In this document: piece after piece, positions 46,971 through 56,415 of the stretch
Numbering within the stretch: the first letter of the stretch is position 1
Layout of the letters: every line of letters begins with the position of its first letter
Source of the DNA: Vulcanimicrobiota bacterium
Lineage (GTDB): Bacteria; Vulcanimicrobiota; Xenobia; Xenobiales; JADMJV01
Direction of reading: 5' to 3'
Assembly (NCBI GenBank): GCA_050250895.1
Contig: JBFWNU010000001.1
Span: 2,086,210 to 2,150,209, forward strand
Length of the DNA: 64,000 bases
Notes under the pieces: model-generated
What the model was told of the DNA's origin: nothing
What the model saw: only the letters and a program-made list of their open reading frames with translations
The model's database searches: none
Program-made: the position numbers and the translations under genes

Positions 46971-48114
46971 AGAGCGGAAGGAAGACCGACAGCAGCACCA
47001 GGCCGATGATGGTGGCCACCACCGCCAGCAGCACGGGTTCGAGGGCGGCACTGAGCGCCTCGATGCGATAGTTGAGTTCTTCATCGAAGAAGCTGGCTGC
47101 CCGGAACAGCATTTGCGGCAGCGATGACGACTCTTCGCCCACGGCCACATAGTAGGAAAGGGTGGCCGGATAGATGTCCTCGCGGGCGGACAGATATTCC
47201 GACAACCGCTCGCCCTGGTGGATGGTGTCCACCAGCAGCGGAGCGTCGATGACCACCACCGGATTGCCGCTGGCCAGCGCCCCCAGCTTGAGGCAGCGGT
47301 CGAGGCGCACGCCGGCGCTGACCAGGGTTGCGGTGGCGGCCGAAAAACGAGCGGTCGAACTGGCCACCAGCATCGGCCCGAGGACGGGGATCTGGCAACA
47401 GGCGGCAAAAACCTGAGCGGCCATCCGGGGGTCGTTGCGCAAGCGCTGGCGCACCATCAATACCAGGGCCAGCACCCCCGTCAGCCCCAGAATCCAGTTG
47501 CCGGGATTCTGGCAGCCTTGCGACAGGCTCATCATGAGCCGGGTCAGCCAGGGAAGAGGGATGTTCATGGAGTGGAAAATGTCGACAAAACCCGGCAGCA
47601 CGAACGAAAACAGCCCCAGGGTCATGGCTACGGCCGTGCCCAGCACGAACAGGGGATAGGTCAAGGCTCCTCGGATGCGCTTGCGCAGGCGTTCATCTCG
47701 TTCTTCCCACTCCGAGACGCGCTCCAGCGAGGCCACCAGGCGGCCCGTTTCTTCGCCCACCCGCACCATGGCCACGTACACTCTGGAAAAGACGCGGGGA
47801 TAAGCCGAGAGCAAGCGCGAGAGGGTGTAGCCCTGGGTGAGGCGGGTGCCGATCTCGGTGAGGACGGCTTCGAAGTTGGGCGACTCGGGCTGGTGCGAGA
47901 GAATGTCCAGGGCCTGGCTGAGGGGCACTCCGGAGGACACCAGCAGGGCCAGCTGGCGAGAGAAAATGCCCACTGCCTCGGGGGCACAGCGAACGCTGGT
48001 CCGCCAATCACGTTGGGCGGGCGCGACTCCCTCAGTCACCATCGGGTAAACTTCTGGGGGGCGCCGAAGGGCCCCTGGGAGAATAAAAATCACCCACCCG
48101 GCGCTCGAAACCAA
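46942..48114 (-). CDS. Type II secretion system F family platform protein (second PilC/GspF paralog)
   Basis: T2SSF repeats (LALLVSSGVPLSQALDIL..., LVSAGVRLDRCLKL...) and transmembrane segments. An alternative start lies at 48042. Confidence 0.85.
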   Translation of the reverse strand: MVSSAGWVIFILPGALRRPPEVYPMVTEGVAPAQRDWRTSVRCAPEAVGIFSRQLALLVSSGVPLSQALDILSHQPESPNFEAVLTEIGTRLTQGYTLSRLLSAYPRVFSRVYVAMVRVGEETGRLVASLERVSEWEERDERLRKRIRGALTYPLFVLGTAVAMTLGLFSFVLPGFVDIFHSMNIPLPWLTRLMMSLSQGCQNPGNWILGLTGVLALVLMVRQRLRNDPRMAAQVFAACCQIPVLGPMLVASSTARFSAATATLVSAGVRLDRCLKLGALASGNPVVVIDAPLLVDTIHQGERLSEYLSAREDIYPATLSYYVAVGEESSSLPQMLFRAASFFDEELNYRIEALSAALEPVLLAVVATIIGLVLLSVFLPLYGFLDKLGG

Positions 48115-48755
48115 TCGCGGGGGAGCAAGCGGACCGCGGCCGGGTCCTGGTCGAGGCCGGCCCGAACCCAGTCGCGCAGGGGGCCGCGCACGTAGCGGTC
48201 GAGGTCCTGGCCCGGGCAGGTGGTCTGGCCCGGGGCGGCCTGGCGATGTCCTACGATGGTGGCCGGGTCGATGGCGTGTTGGCGGCAGAGCTCGATCAGC
48301 AACTCGACCAGGCTTTGCAGGGCGGACAGGCTCAGAATCTGTTGCTCATAATCGCCAAAGACCTGCACGTTGATCACCCCGTCAAGCGGGTAACTGGTAT
48401 TGCTCTCGGGGCGATAACGCCAGTCGCGGCCGGCGAAAATCCGCCCATCGGGCGTGATGAGATAGTGGTAGGGCAGATCGGGCCAGTTCTTGACGCGCTG
48501 TCCCCAGCTCTGCAGGTTGCGCAATTTTTGATAGGGCTCGTCCTCGGGGTGCCAGACGACCCCGGCGTGGTGGACCACGATCCGGCGCGGGGTCTGCCGC
48601 AACGAGTCATCCAGGGCTTGCGGCTTCGAGCCCCAATCCGAGGCGGGTATGATATTGGGGGCCAACAGCGCCACCAGGCAGAGGGCGAGAAGTCTACTCA
48701 CGGTAAAAGAAGAAGCCGCCAGTGCTTTGTTGAGGATGTATGCAGGAGGGTCCAC
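48090..48755 (-). CDS. N-acetylmuramoyl-L-alanine amidase (Amidase_2 / PGRP-like), secreted
   Basis: Amidase_2 motifs IVVHHAG, DLPYHYLI and GHRQ...TTCPG. First gene of the gspF-pseudopilin operon. Confidence 0.75.
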   Translation of the reverse strand: MDPPAYILNKALAASSFTVSRLLALCLVALLAPNIIPASDWGSKPQALDDSLRQTPRRIVVHHAGVVWHPEDEPYQKLRNLQSWGQRVKNWPDLPYHYLITPDGRIFAGRDWRYRPESNTSYPLDGVINVQVFGDYEQQILSLSALQSLVELLIELCRQHAIDPATIVGHRQAAPGQTTCPGQDLDRYVRGPLRDWVRAGLDQDPAAVRLLPRDWFRAPGG

Positions 48756-48863
48756 AACGCTTAAGGGGCCAGCACTGGCGGCTTGTTTATTCGGTTTTGA
48801 TGGTCCTAATGTAGCACGGAGACTCTTCCTCGGGTAGGGGTAAATATTGCCAGAGTGTGAACC

Positions 48864-48893
48864 AGGTTAACGGTTGCTGCCGGTCAGGTTAAC
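48864..48893. promoter_or_regulatory. Direct repeat of CAGGTTAAC (each copy contains the palindrome GTTAAC) spaced 21 bp apart, in the divergent amidase/yfhO promoter region
   Basis: Seen directly: copies at 48864-48872 and 48885-48893. The two-helical-turn spacing suggests a dimeric or tandem regulator binding site. Confidence 0.35.
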
Positions 48894-48927
48894 AGGTTTC
48901 GCAGCCGGGGGCGAGAAGGTTCGGCGG

Positions 48928-51294
48928 GTGAAGCAGCGTGTCGGCCCGTTGGGGATTGTGGTGGCCGTGCTCGTGCTGTTCGCTCCCTTCTGGGGCGCCG
49001 GTCGGGTCTTCGTTCCCGAAGACTTCCTCAGCTTCATCTATCCCTGGAAGGCCGTCTCTGACAGGCAGGTCCACAACCTCGAACTGTTTGACGTCACGGT
49101 CTTTTTCTTTCCCCAGGATGTCTTCATCAACCAGCGTCTGAAGAGAGGCGACCTGCCGCTGTGGAATCCCCACATTTTCTCGGGCCACCCCCTGGTCGCC
49201 AGTGGCCAGTCGGGGCTGCTCTACCCGCCTCGCCTGCTGGCTCATTGGCTTTTGGGCCCTGGTCAGGCCCGCACCGTGTTGCTGCTGGTGCACTGTCTGG
49301 GGGCAGGATTGGCCATGTGGCTGTGGTTGCGTGGCCGCGGTCTGTCCGACTTTGGGGCCGGCGTCGGTGGGCTAGGCTGGATGCTCAACGGCCAGATGGC
49401 CTCGTGGTTCGAATTTGAGCACCTGGTGGTGATGGGCCCCTATATCCCCACCATGTTCTACTGCATCGACCGTGCCCTCGAGGGCGACCATCGTTGGTGG
49501 GCCGGCCTGGCTCTGGCGGGTGGCTTGTGTCTGCACACCGGGCATCTGCAGATCGTTTTTTACGGTGGGCTGCTGGTGATCTTCTATGCCCTGATGCGCC
49601 TGACCGTGACCCGACAGTGGAAAGGCCTGCTGGGTTTTGGCGGCGCTGGCCTGGGCGTGATTTTGCTGGCCGCCCCGACGGTGCTGCCCTTTCTCGAACT
49701 TTTGCGGCGTAGCCAGCGCCCCGACTTTGCCTTCGCCCAGCTCAAGACGTTCTCGCCCAGTTTTAGCAGCCTGCTGGCCACCCTGTGGCACCCTGATATC
49801 CTGGGCAACCCGGCGCGTGGATTTATGCTCAACCGCTGCTCGGCCAACCTGATCTACCCCGAGTTCGCCTGCTATTTCGGGCTCATACCCCTGGTGCTGG
49901 CCCTGCTCGCGTTGTGGCCCGGCGACTCCAGGCTCGAGCGCAGGGAAGTGCTGGCCTGGGCGGCGCTGGCCCTGTTCTCGTTGCTGTGCGCCGCCACCAC
50001 ACCCTTCTATCGCCTGGTGTTGCTGGCGATGCCGCTCTTGAGCAAAGCCATGCCCGGGCGCTTTCTGGTGAGCTTCGTCATGGCGGCCAGCGTGCTGGCG
50101 GCGGTGGGGGCCGACCGCCTCGATGAGGACGACACTCGGGCTCGGGCTCGCCGGGCCGGAGTGATTGTCTTCGGGCTGGGGATGCTGGCCGCTCTGACCG
50201 CGGCCGTCCTGTTGCTGGCTATGCCGGATCGACTGCTGGCCTGGCTGGCTCCTTACATGAACCCGGGCTATATCAAGATTCCTCCCCACGGACCCGACTT
50301 CGCTCGCGATCTCTTGGCGGGGCTGCGCCACAACTATCTGACCAATCCTCATTTCTATCTGCCCCTGGTGGTTGGACCAGCTCTGTTTCTCGGCTGGCGC
50401 AAAGAGGTGTTGCTGGCGCTGGTAGCCCTCGACCTGTGGCTGTTTGCGGCCGTCTTCAACACCACCGTGCCTGCCAGCGAGCTGCTGCCTTCCACCCCCG
50501 CCATCGCCTATCTGCAGCGCCAGCCGGGTCTCTTTCGGGTCGAGAAGCAGGCGGCGGCCTTTTATAACACCCTCACTCCCTATGGCTTTGAACTGCTGTC
50601 CGGCTATGAGTCGATGTTTAGCCTGCGCTACGCCGAGACCATGCGCCGGGCCGAACCGGGCGGCAACATCACCATGCGCTCGGTGGCCCTGTCGAACTTC
50701 GATTCGCCGCTGATCGACGCCATGAACGTGGCCTACCTGCTGCAGGCTCCCCTCGAACTCGAGCCGCCGCCAGGCTGGGAACTGGTCTTCTCGGACGACC
50801 TTCGGGTGTATCGTAATCCCGAGGTGTTGCCGCGCGCCTACCTGGTGGGTCGGGCTCACGTCTTGCCAGGGCCCCGAGCCGTGCTCGACTATGTTTCGGG
50901 CCCCGATTTTCAGCCGGCTCTCGAGGTGGCTCTCGAGTTGCCTGCGCCCGCCCCGGTCGAAGCGGGCGCGGCCGGGGGCAAGGTGACGGTGGTCGACTAT
51001 CAGCCCGACCGGGTCGAGTTGCTGGCCGAGCTGCCGGCGGCGGGGGTGGTGGTGCTTTCCGACACTTTCTATCCGGGCTGGGTCTGCCACTCCAGTCTGG
51101 GAGAGCTGCCGATCTATCCCGCCAACGGGGCCAGCCGGGCGGTGTTCTTGCCGGCGGGGCGCCATCAGCTGGCTTTTAGCTTCGAGCCGGGCCCATTCTA
51201 CCTGGGGCTGAAACTGGCCGCGCTGGGTTTGGCCTTGGTGGCTCTGGTCGCGCTTATGGCCAAGCCAGGGGGGAAGGCCTTTCAAGGGGAATGA
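48928..51294 (+). CDS. YfhO-family polytopic membrane protein (putative glycosyl/lipid transferase), about 790 aa
   Basis: YfhO-like N-terminal region (WNPHIFSGHPLVASGQSG), many transmembrane helices, and a large C-terminal extracytoplasmic domain. I chose GTG 48928 rather than ATG 48874, because the latter would place the direct-repeat sites inside the coding sequence. Confidence 0.72.
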   Translation: MKQRVGPLGIVVAVLVLFAPFWGAGRVFVPEDFLSFIYPWKAVSDRQVHNLELFDVTVFFFPQDVFINQRLKRGDLPLWNPHIFSGHPLVASGQSGLLYPPRLLAHWLLGPGQARTVLLLVHCLGAGLAMWLWLRGRGLSDFGAGVGGLGWMLNGQMASWFEFEHLVVMGPYIPTMFYCIDRALEGDHRWWAGLALAGGLCLHTGHLQIVFYGGLLVIFYALMRLTVTRQWKGLLGFGGAGLGVILLAAPTVLPFLELLRRSQRPDFAFAQLKTFSPSFSSLLATLWHPDILGNPARGFMLNRCSANLIYPEFACYFGLIPLVLALLALWPGDSRLERREVLAWAALALFSLLCAATTPFYRLVLLAMPLLSKAMPGRFLVSFVMAASVLAAVGADRLDEDDTRARARRAGVIVFGLGMLAALTAAVLLLAMPDRLLAWLAPYMNPGYIKIPPHGPDFARDLLAGLRHNYLTNPHFYLPLVVGPALFLGWRKEVLLALVALDLWLFAAVFNTTVPASELLPSTPAIAYLQRQPGLFRVEKQAAAFYNTLTPYGFELLSGYESMFSLRYAETMRRAEPGGNITMRSVALSNFDSPLIDAMNVAYLLQAPLELEPPPGWELVFSDDLRVYRNPEVLPRAYLVGRAHVLPGPRAVLDYVSGPDFQPALEVALELPAPAPVEAGAAGGKVTVVDYQPDRVELLAELPAAGVVVLSDTFYPGWVCHSSLGELPIYPANGASRAVFLPAGRHQLAFSFEPGPFYLGLKLAALGLALVALVALMAKPGGKAFQGE

Positions 51295-51326
51295 ACCAGA
51301 GCGGTTAGACGACCGTCTTAATCATC

Positions 51327-52796
51327 ATGGAAGAATCCATCCTCCTCGAGAAGGTCCACGCCTTACGCCGCCGGCTGCGGTGGGTTCGCTCCGTGGAATC
51401 GGCGCTGGCCTGGACCGCTCCCGGCATGTGGCTGGCGCTGTCGCTGGTGCTGGTCTTGAAGCTGGGCGGGCGAGGCTGGGCTGAACTCACGCTGGCTCTG
51501 GCCGCGGTCCCGCTGTTCGTAGTGGGTGGAGGGGTGGCCCGCTGGTTTCGGCCCCCCGGGCTGCTCGAGGCCGCCTATGCCACCGACCAGGAACTCAACA
51601 GCCGCGAACGTCTCTTGACGGCTGCCGAGTGGGTCCTGCACGAGAAACCCCGCACGGCCGTGGCCGCCTCGTTGCTGCAAGACGCGGCCGGGCTGGCTCG
51701 CGAGGTCGACCCCGGTAAGTTGTTCGAGGTGCGTCGACCGGGCTGGCGCCCGGTGTTGATCCCGGGGCTTATGGCCGGACTGTTGTTGGCTCTGCCAGCC
51801 TGGCACCTGTTTGTCGAGTCTCCCGGGCCCGAGGCTGTCCGGGTTGGTCACAGCGCTCGCACCATCCAGCAACTGGCCGAGCAGGTGGCTCGCCGACCCG
51901 AGAACCAGCGCCTGGCTCGCGAGCTCGAGCAGCTGGCCCGTGACCTGAAAGAACCTGGTGTTTCGCCGGCGGAGGCGGCCGAGCGCATCGCCCGCAAGCG
52001 CCGCGAGTTGCGCCGAGGCGATGGCCAGGGAAAAGCCGACACTTCGCCCGAGGGTCTGGCCGAGAAGTTGAGGGCCCTGGCCAAGCAAAGGGCAGAAAGC
52101 CGCGACTCCAAGACCATGAAAGAGGCGCTCGAGGCGGCCAAAGAGACGCTCGAGAAGAGCGGCCAGAGCAGCAGTGCCGCCGAGCAGGCTCAGCAGGCCC
52201 TGGAATCGGGTCAAGAAGAGGCCCTCTCCCAGGCTACCGAGGAGGTGGCCGGGGCGCTCGAAAAGGCCGGCGCGGGCGAGCAAGAACTGATGCGCCAGGT
52301 GGACGAGGCGCTGGCGCAGCAGCAGGGAGAACTATCCCCGGGGCAGTTGGCCGGCGACGACGAGGGCCTCAAGTCGGTGGCCATGGGCCAAGAAGGAGAC
52401 GAGAGGGAGGGCGAGGGTCAGGCCGATTTTGGTAAAGGCACCACCAATCAGGAAGAGCCGGCCACCGAAACGGCCAAAAATCGCGCCCAGCGCCAGTCGG
52501 ACCGCACCTCGGACTGGACCGAGGAGTATCAAAAGCTCTATGAGAGCCAGCGGGTGGAACGGAATACCACGAATACCCAGGTCAAAGGGCAACGCAACCA
52601 GGGGCCGGGCTATCTCGACGCCCCCGGTGAGGCTCGGGGAACGCCGAGCGTGGGCGGCGAGGTGAGCACCCAGGCTCAGGAAGTATTCCTCGAGCACCGC
52701 CGCGAAGCCGAGCAGGCCGTCGCCCGCGAGGCCATTCCGGCCGAGTACCGCGATACGGTGCGTAACTATTTCGACACCATCGACCCCCGGAGCTGA
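51327..52796 (+). CDS. Membrane-anchored coiled-coil protein, first gene of the MoxR/Bat-like operon
   Basis: Two N-terminal transmembrane segments, a long Ala/Glu/Gln-rich coiled coil, and a conserved-looking C-terminus IPAEYRDTVRNYFDTIDP. Confidence 0.58.
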   Translation: MEESILLEKVHALRRRLRWVRSVESALAWTAPGMWLALSLVLVLKLGGRGWAELTLALAAVPLFVVGGGVARWFRPPGLLEAAYATDQELNSRERLLTAAEWVLHEKPRTAVAASLLQDAAGLAREVDPGKLFEVRRPGWRPVLIPGLMAGLLLALPAWHLFVESPGPEAVRVGHSARTIQQLAEQVARRPENQRLARELEQLARDLKEPGVSPAEAAERIARKRRELRRGDGQGKADTSPEGLAEKLRALAKQRAESRDSKTMKEALEAAKETLEKSGQSSSAAEQAQQALESGQEEALSQATEEVAGALEKAGAGEQELMRQVDEALAQQQGELSPGQLAGDDEGLKSVAMGQEGDEREGEGQADFGKGTTNQEEPATETAKNRAQRQSDRTSDWTEEYQKLYESQRVERNTTNTQVKGQRNQGPGYLDAPGEARGTPSVGGEVSTQAQEVFLEHRREAEQAVAREAIPAEYRDTVRNYFDTIDPRS

Positions 52797-52797
52797 C

Positions 52798-53787
52798 ATG
52801 AAAGAACGTCTCGAGAAGTTTGGCCAGAACATGCAAAAGCTGCGCCTGGAGCTGGCCAAGAGGATGGTCGGTCAGCAGACCCTGATCGAGGATGTGTTGC
52901 TGGCCCTGGTGGCCGGCGGGCACGTGCTGCTCGAGGGCGTGCCCGGTCTGGGCAAGACCTTGTTGGTCAAGACGCTGGGGCAGGTCTTCGACCTGCCCTT
53001 CTCGCGCATCCAGTTCACCCCTGATCTGATGCCGGCCGACATTTGCGGGGTCAACCTGATCGAAGAGCACGAAGGAACTCGCAAGTTCGTTTTCAGTCAA
53101 GGGCCGATCTTCGCCAGCCTGGTGCTGGCTGACGAGATCAACCGGGCTACTCCCAAGACCCAGTCAGCCCTGCTCGAGGCAATGCAAGAGCGTCAGGTCA
53201 CCGTGGCCGGGGCGGTGCGGCCCCTGCCGAAGCCGTTTTTCGTGCTGGCCACTCAGAACCCCATCGAGATGGAAGGCACTTATCCCCTGCCCGAGGCTCA
53301 GGTAGATCGCTTCTTTTTCAAGCTCTGGGTGGAGTTTCCCGGGGCTAGCGACCTGGCTGCCATTCTTGACCGCACCACCGGGGCCGAGGAAGAAGAGGTT
53401 CAGGCGGTATGTAGCGGTGAAGAGCTGCTCGAGATGCAACTGCTGGCCCGCCAGGTGGTGGCCGCCGAGGCCTTGACCCACTTCGCCGCCAGGTTGGTGC
53501 TGGCCACCCATCCCCAACGCCCCGAATCGCCCGAGGACGTGCGTCGTTTCGTGCGCTTTGGCTCGAGTCCGCGAGGAGCCCAGACCCTTTTGCTGGCGGC
53601 TAAGGCCCGGGCCCTCTCGCAGGGTCGCTTCAACGTGGCCTTCGAAGACATCGCAGCGGTGGCCCGGCCGACCTTGCGCCATCGTATCATTCTCAGCTTT
53701 GAAGGCGAGGCGGAGGGGATCAAGACCGATACCTTGATCGACCGCCTGCTCGAGGAGGTCCCCCGTGAACCGGCTGCTGTGGGTTAG
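52798..53787 (+). CDS. MoxR-family AAA+ ATPase
   Basis: Walker A GVPGLGKT, Walker B LADEINRA, sensor/arginine regions. About 330 aa, typical MoxR size. Confidence 0.9.
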   Translation: MKERLEKFGQNMQKLRLELAKRMVGQQTLIEDVLLALVAGGHVLLEGVPGLGKTLLVKTLGQVFDLPFSRIQFTPDLMPADICGVNLIEEHEGTRKFVFSQGPIFASLVLADEINRATPKTQSALLEAMQERQVTVAGAVRPLPKPFFVLATQNPIEMEGTYPLPEAQVDRFFFKLWVEFPGASDLAAILDRTTGAEEEEVQAVCSGEELLEMQLLARQVVAAEALTHFAARLVLATHPQRPESPEDVRRFVRFGSSPRGAQTLLLAAKARALSQGRFNVAFEDIAAVARPTLRHRIILSFEGEAEGIKTDTLIDRLLEEVPREPAAVG

Positions 53788-55492
53788 TCTCTGGGTCCTA
53801 TGGGTGACCCTACCGGGGTTTGCTCGCGAGGTCGAGTTCTATCCGACCTTCGGCGAGTTCACCCGCACGGGTTGCGAGTTGCCGGTCTCGGTGGTGCTCG
53901 CCAATCCTCGCTCGGCCGCCTACACCTATCACCTCAGGCTTAGCCCGGCCGACGAACGGGCCCGAGCGCGAGCCGATGTGCAAGTTGAAGCCCAATCCAC
54001 CCGGCGGATCGATATGGTCGCGCCGGCCGGCTACATCTCGCGCCTCGAGTTGGACTGGGGAGTCAAGAACCCGCCCGCGGTGGACATGCGCCAGGTCAGC
54101 GAGCGCGACCTGTTGATGTTGATCCTCGCTCCCAAGGGGACCGAGTTTGGCTATCTGGGGGGGTTTGAATCGCTCAAGGACGACGGCGAGAACTACAAGC
54201 GCCAGGTCTTCATGAATCGGCCCCAGGCGGTCACCGCTTTGCCCGAGCGGTGGTCGTCCTATGACATGCACAACCTGATCATCCTCCACGACGTGCCCGC
54301 TCTCAACCTCGAGCAACGGGCTCAGCAGGCCATGCTCGACTGGACCGTGGCCGGCGGCAGCCTGGTGCTGGTCAGCAACGGCTCGCCCGGCGAGTATCGC
54401 GGCAGCCTGTTCGAGGCGGTGGCGCCGATGGAGGGCAGGACCTCGGTCGAAGCCGGTGGCCTGCCTTTGCTCTCGGGGCAGCTTCGGGGCGAGGTCCTGC
54501 AGGAACTCGACGGTCACCCCCTGCTGACGCGCCGCGCGCTCGGTCTGGGGCAGATTTTTTTGGTCACGGCCCCTCTGGTCGAGGGATCGACGTTGGGTCT
54601 GGACAAGACCGAGAAGTTGTGGCTCGAGATCGAGAAGAGGTTCCGCAACCCGGCCCAACTCGACAGTTCGTTGCTGGACAATCCTCCCGAGATCCCCCTG
54701 CCCAGGGCCAGCAGTCTGGCCTGGTATCTGCTCGCCTATGCCTTTCTGGTGGGACCGCTCAACCTGGTTTGGCTGCGCCGCCGGGACCAGACGATGCGGG
54801 CGTTCGTCACCATTCCCCTGATCGCCGTCTTGTTCGCCGGTGGGGCCTTCGTCTTCAACTGGTCTCAGCGCGACAATCGGATGGTGGCGCGCGAGATGGG
54901 CATTCTGTGGGGTGACACGGGCAGCACCCGGGCGCTGGTTCGCTCTCGCTTGCTTTTGTTTTCTCCGGTGAGTCGTAGCTATCGCATCGAGTTCGGACCT
55001 CAGGTCGGAGTGGGGTCGTTGCTGGACCTGGGAAGCGGCATCGATGACTTTCCGGACGTTTTGCTCAACGACAAGCTAGGACTGGTGCTTGACGACTATC
55101 AGATGGCCATGTGGTCGGTTCGCCGGCTGGATCTGTCTGAGGTGGTGGGTCTGCCGGGGCGATTCCAGGTCAAACTCGAGGGGAACAGGCTCGAGGCTTT
55201 CAACCCCCTCGAGGCCCCTCTGTACCATACCGTGGTGCGGGCACCGGCGGGCTACAGCCAGGCCTTCACTCTCGAGCCCGGTCAACACAGCTACGACCTC
55301 AAGTGGGAGGCGAGCTTTCCCGAGAGCCGCGACGCCGACCAGCAAAAGCTGGTGCGCTCGGCCCTGCCCGCTCTCGAGGGCGACCGGGTGGCCATTCTGG
55401 GGTGGCTCGACGGTATGTTGACCCCGGTCGAACTGGCCGGTCTCGAGAAGCACACGGCCAGCCGTTTGCTGGTCATCACGGAGGACAAATGA
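53765..55492 (+). CDS. Hypothetical membrane-associated protein (signal peptide plus central transmembrane pair), auxiliary component between the MoxR and ABC transporter genes
   Basis: GTG start overlapping the moxR 3' end. N-terminal hydrophobic region and a central transmembrane region (WYLLAYAFLVGPLNLVW...IPLIAVLFAGGAFVF). No family recognised; possibly DUF4350/GldG-like. Confidence 0.6.
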   Translation: MNRLLWVSLWVLWVTLPGFAREVEFYPTFGEFTRTGCELPVSVVLANPRSAAYTYHLRLSPADERARARADVQVEAQSTRRIDMVAPAGYISRLELDWGVKNPPAVDMRQVSERDLLMLILAPKGTEFGYLGGFESLKDDGENYKRQVFMNRPQAVTALPERWSSYDMHNLIILHDVPALNLEQRAQQAMLDWTVAGGSLVLVSNGSPGEYRGSLFEAVAPMEGRTSVEAGGLPLLSGQLRGEVLQELDGHPLLTRRALGLGQIFLVTAPLVEGSTLGLDKTEKLWLEIEKRFRNPAQLDSSLLDNPPEIPLPRASSLAWYLLAYAFLVGPLNLVWLRRRDQTMRAFVTIPLIAVLFAGGAFVFNWSQRDNRMVAREMGILWGDTGSTRALVRSRLLLFSPVSRSYRIEFGPQVGVGSLLDLGSGIDDFPDVLLNDKLGLVLDDYQMAMWSVRRLDLSEVVGLPGRFQVKLEGNRLEAFNPLEAPLYHTVVRAPAGYSQAFTLEPGQHSYDLKWEASFPESRDADQQKLVRSALPALEGDRVAILGWLDGMLTPVELAGLEKHTASRLLVITEDK

Positions 55493-56415
55493 TCATCTGC
55501 AAAGGTCTGTCCAAGACCTATGACGATCATCAGGCCCTCGAGAACCTCGACCTGTTTGTCGAGGCTGGCGATGCCTACGGTTTCATCGGGCCCAACGGGG
55601 CCGGCAAGACCACGACGATCCGCATTCTGGCCACCTTGCTCGAACCCACCGAGGGCACGGCCGAGGTGGGGGGGTACTCGGTCGATACCCACCCCGACGA
55701 CGTGCGCCGGCTGCTTGGCTACATGCCCGACAAATTCGGCGTTTATGACGGCATGCGAGTGTGGGAGTATCTCGATTTTTACGCGGCCGCCTATCGTATA
55801 CCGCGTCCGGATCGGGCCAAGCTGTTGGCCGACGTGCTCGAGTTGACCGACCTGGGGCACAAGCGCGAGGCCTTTGTCGAGTCGCTCTCGGCCGGCATGC
55901 GTCAGCGTCTGTGCCTTTCCAAGACGCTGTTGCACGACCCTCAGGTCTTGATTTTAGACGAGCCCGCCAGCGGGCTTGACCCGCGGGCCCGGATCGAGCT
56001 AAAAGAGCTGTTGCGCGAGCTGACCCGGATGGGCAAGACCCTGTTCGTGTCGTCTCACATCTTGCCCGAGCTATCCGACTTTTGCAACAAGGTCGGTATC
56101 CTCGAATCGGGGCAGTTGGTGGCCTCGGGCGAGGTCGAGGCCATTCTGGGTCAACTGGGTGGCGCCCGGGCGCTGAGCATCAAGGTGCTGCGCGAGCTGG
56201 AGAAGGCGGCCCAGACCATCGAGAGCGTGGCCCAGACCGAAAATGTTCGCATCGAGAAGAACCAGATCTTGCTCGACTTCCATGGCGACCTCGAGGCCAT
56301 GGCCGACCTCTCGGCCCTGCTGGTCGAGGCCAACCACGGACTGATCGAGTTTCACGAAGAGAAGACCAACCTGGAGAAGATCTTCCTGCAGGTGACCCGG
56401 GGCCAGGTGGGATGA
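55489..56415 (+). CDS. ABC transporter ATP-binding protein (ABC-2 / CcmA / GldA-like)
   Basis: Walker A GPNGAGKTT, signature LSAGMRQR, Walker B ILDEP. ATGA overlap with the upstream gene. Confidence 0.88.
   Translation: MIICKGLSKTYDDHQALENLDLFVEAGDAYGFIGPNGAGKTTTIRILATLLEPTEGTAEVGGYSVDTHPDDVRRLLGYMPDKFGVYDGMRVWEYLDFYAAAYRIPRPDRAKLLADVLELTDLGHKREAFVESLSAGMRQRLCLSKTLLHDPQVLILDEPASGLDPRARIELKELLRELTRMGKTLFVSSHILPELSDFCNKVGILESGQLVASGEVEAILGQLGGARALSIKVLRELEKAAQTIESVAQTENVRIEKNQILLDFHGDLEAMADLSALLVEANHGLIEFHEEKTNLEKIFLQVTRGQVG

Noticed and set aside
49372-51285. 637-aa minus-strand ORF
   Set aside because: Antisense shadow of the yfhO gene. His/Gln/Arg/Gly-rich nonsense composition.
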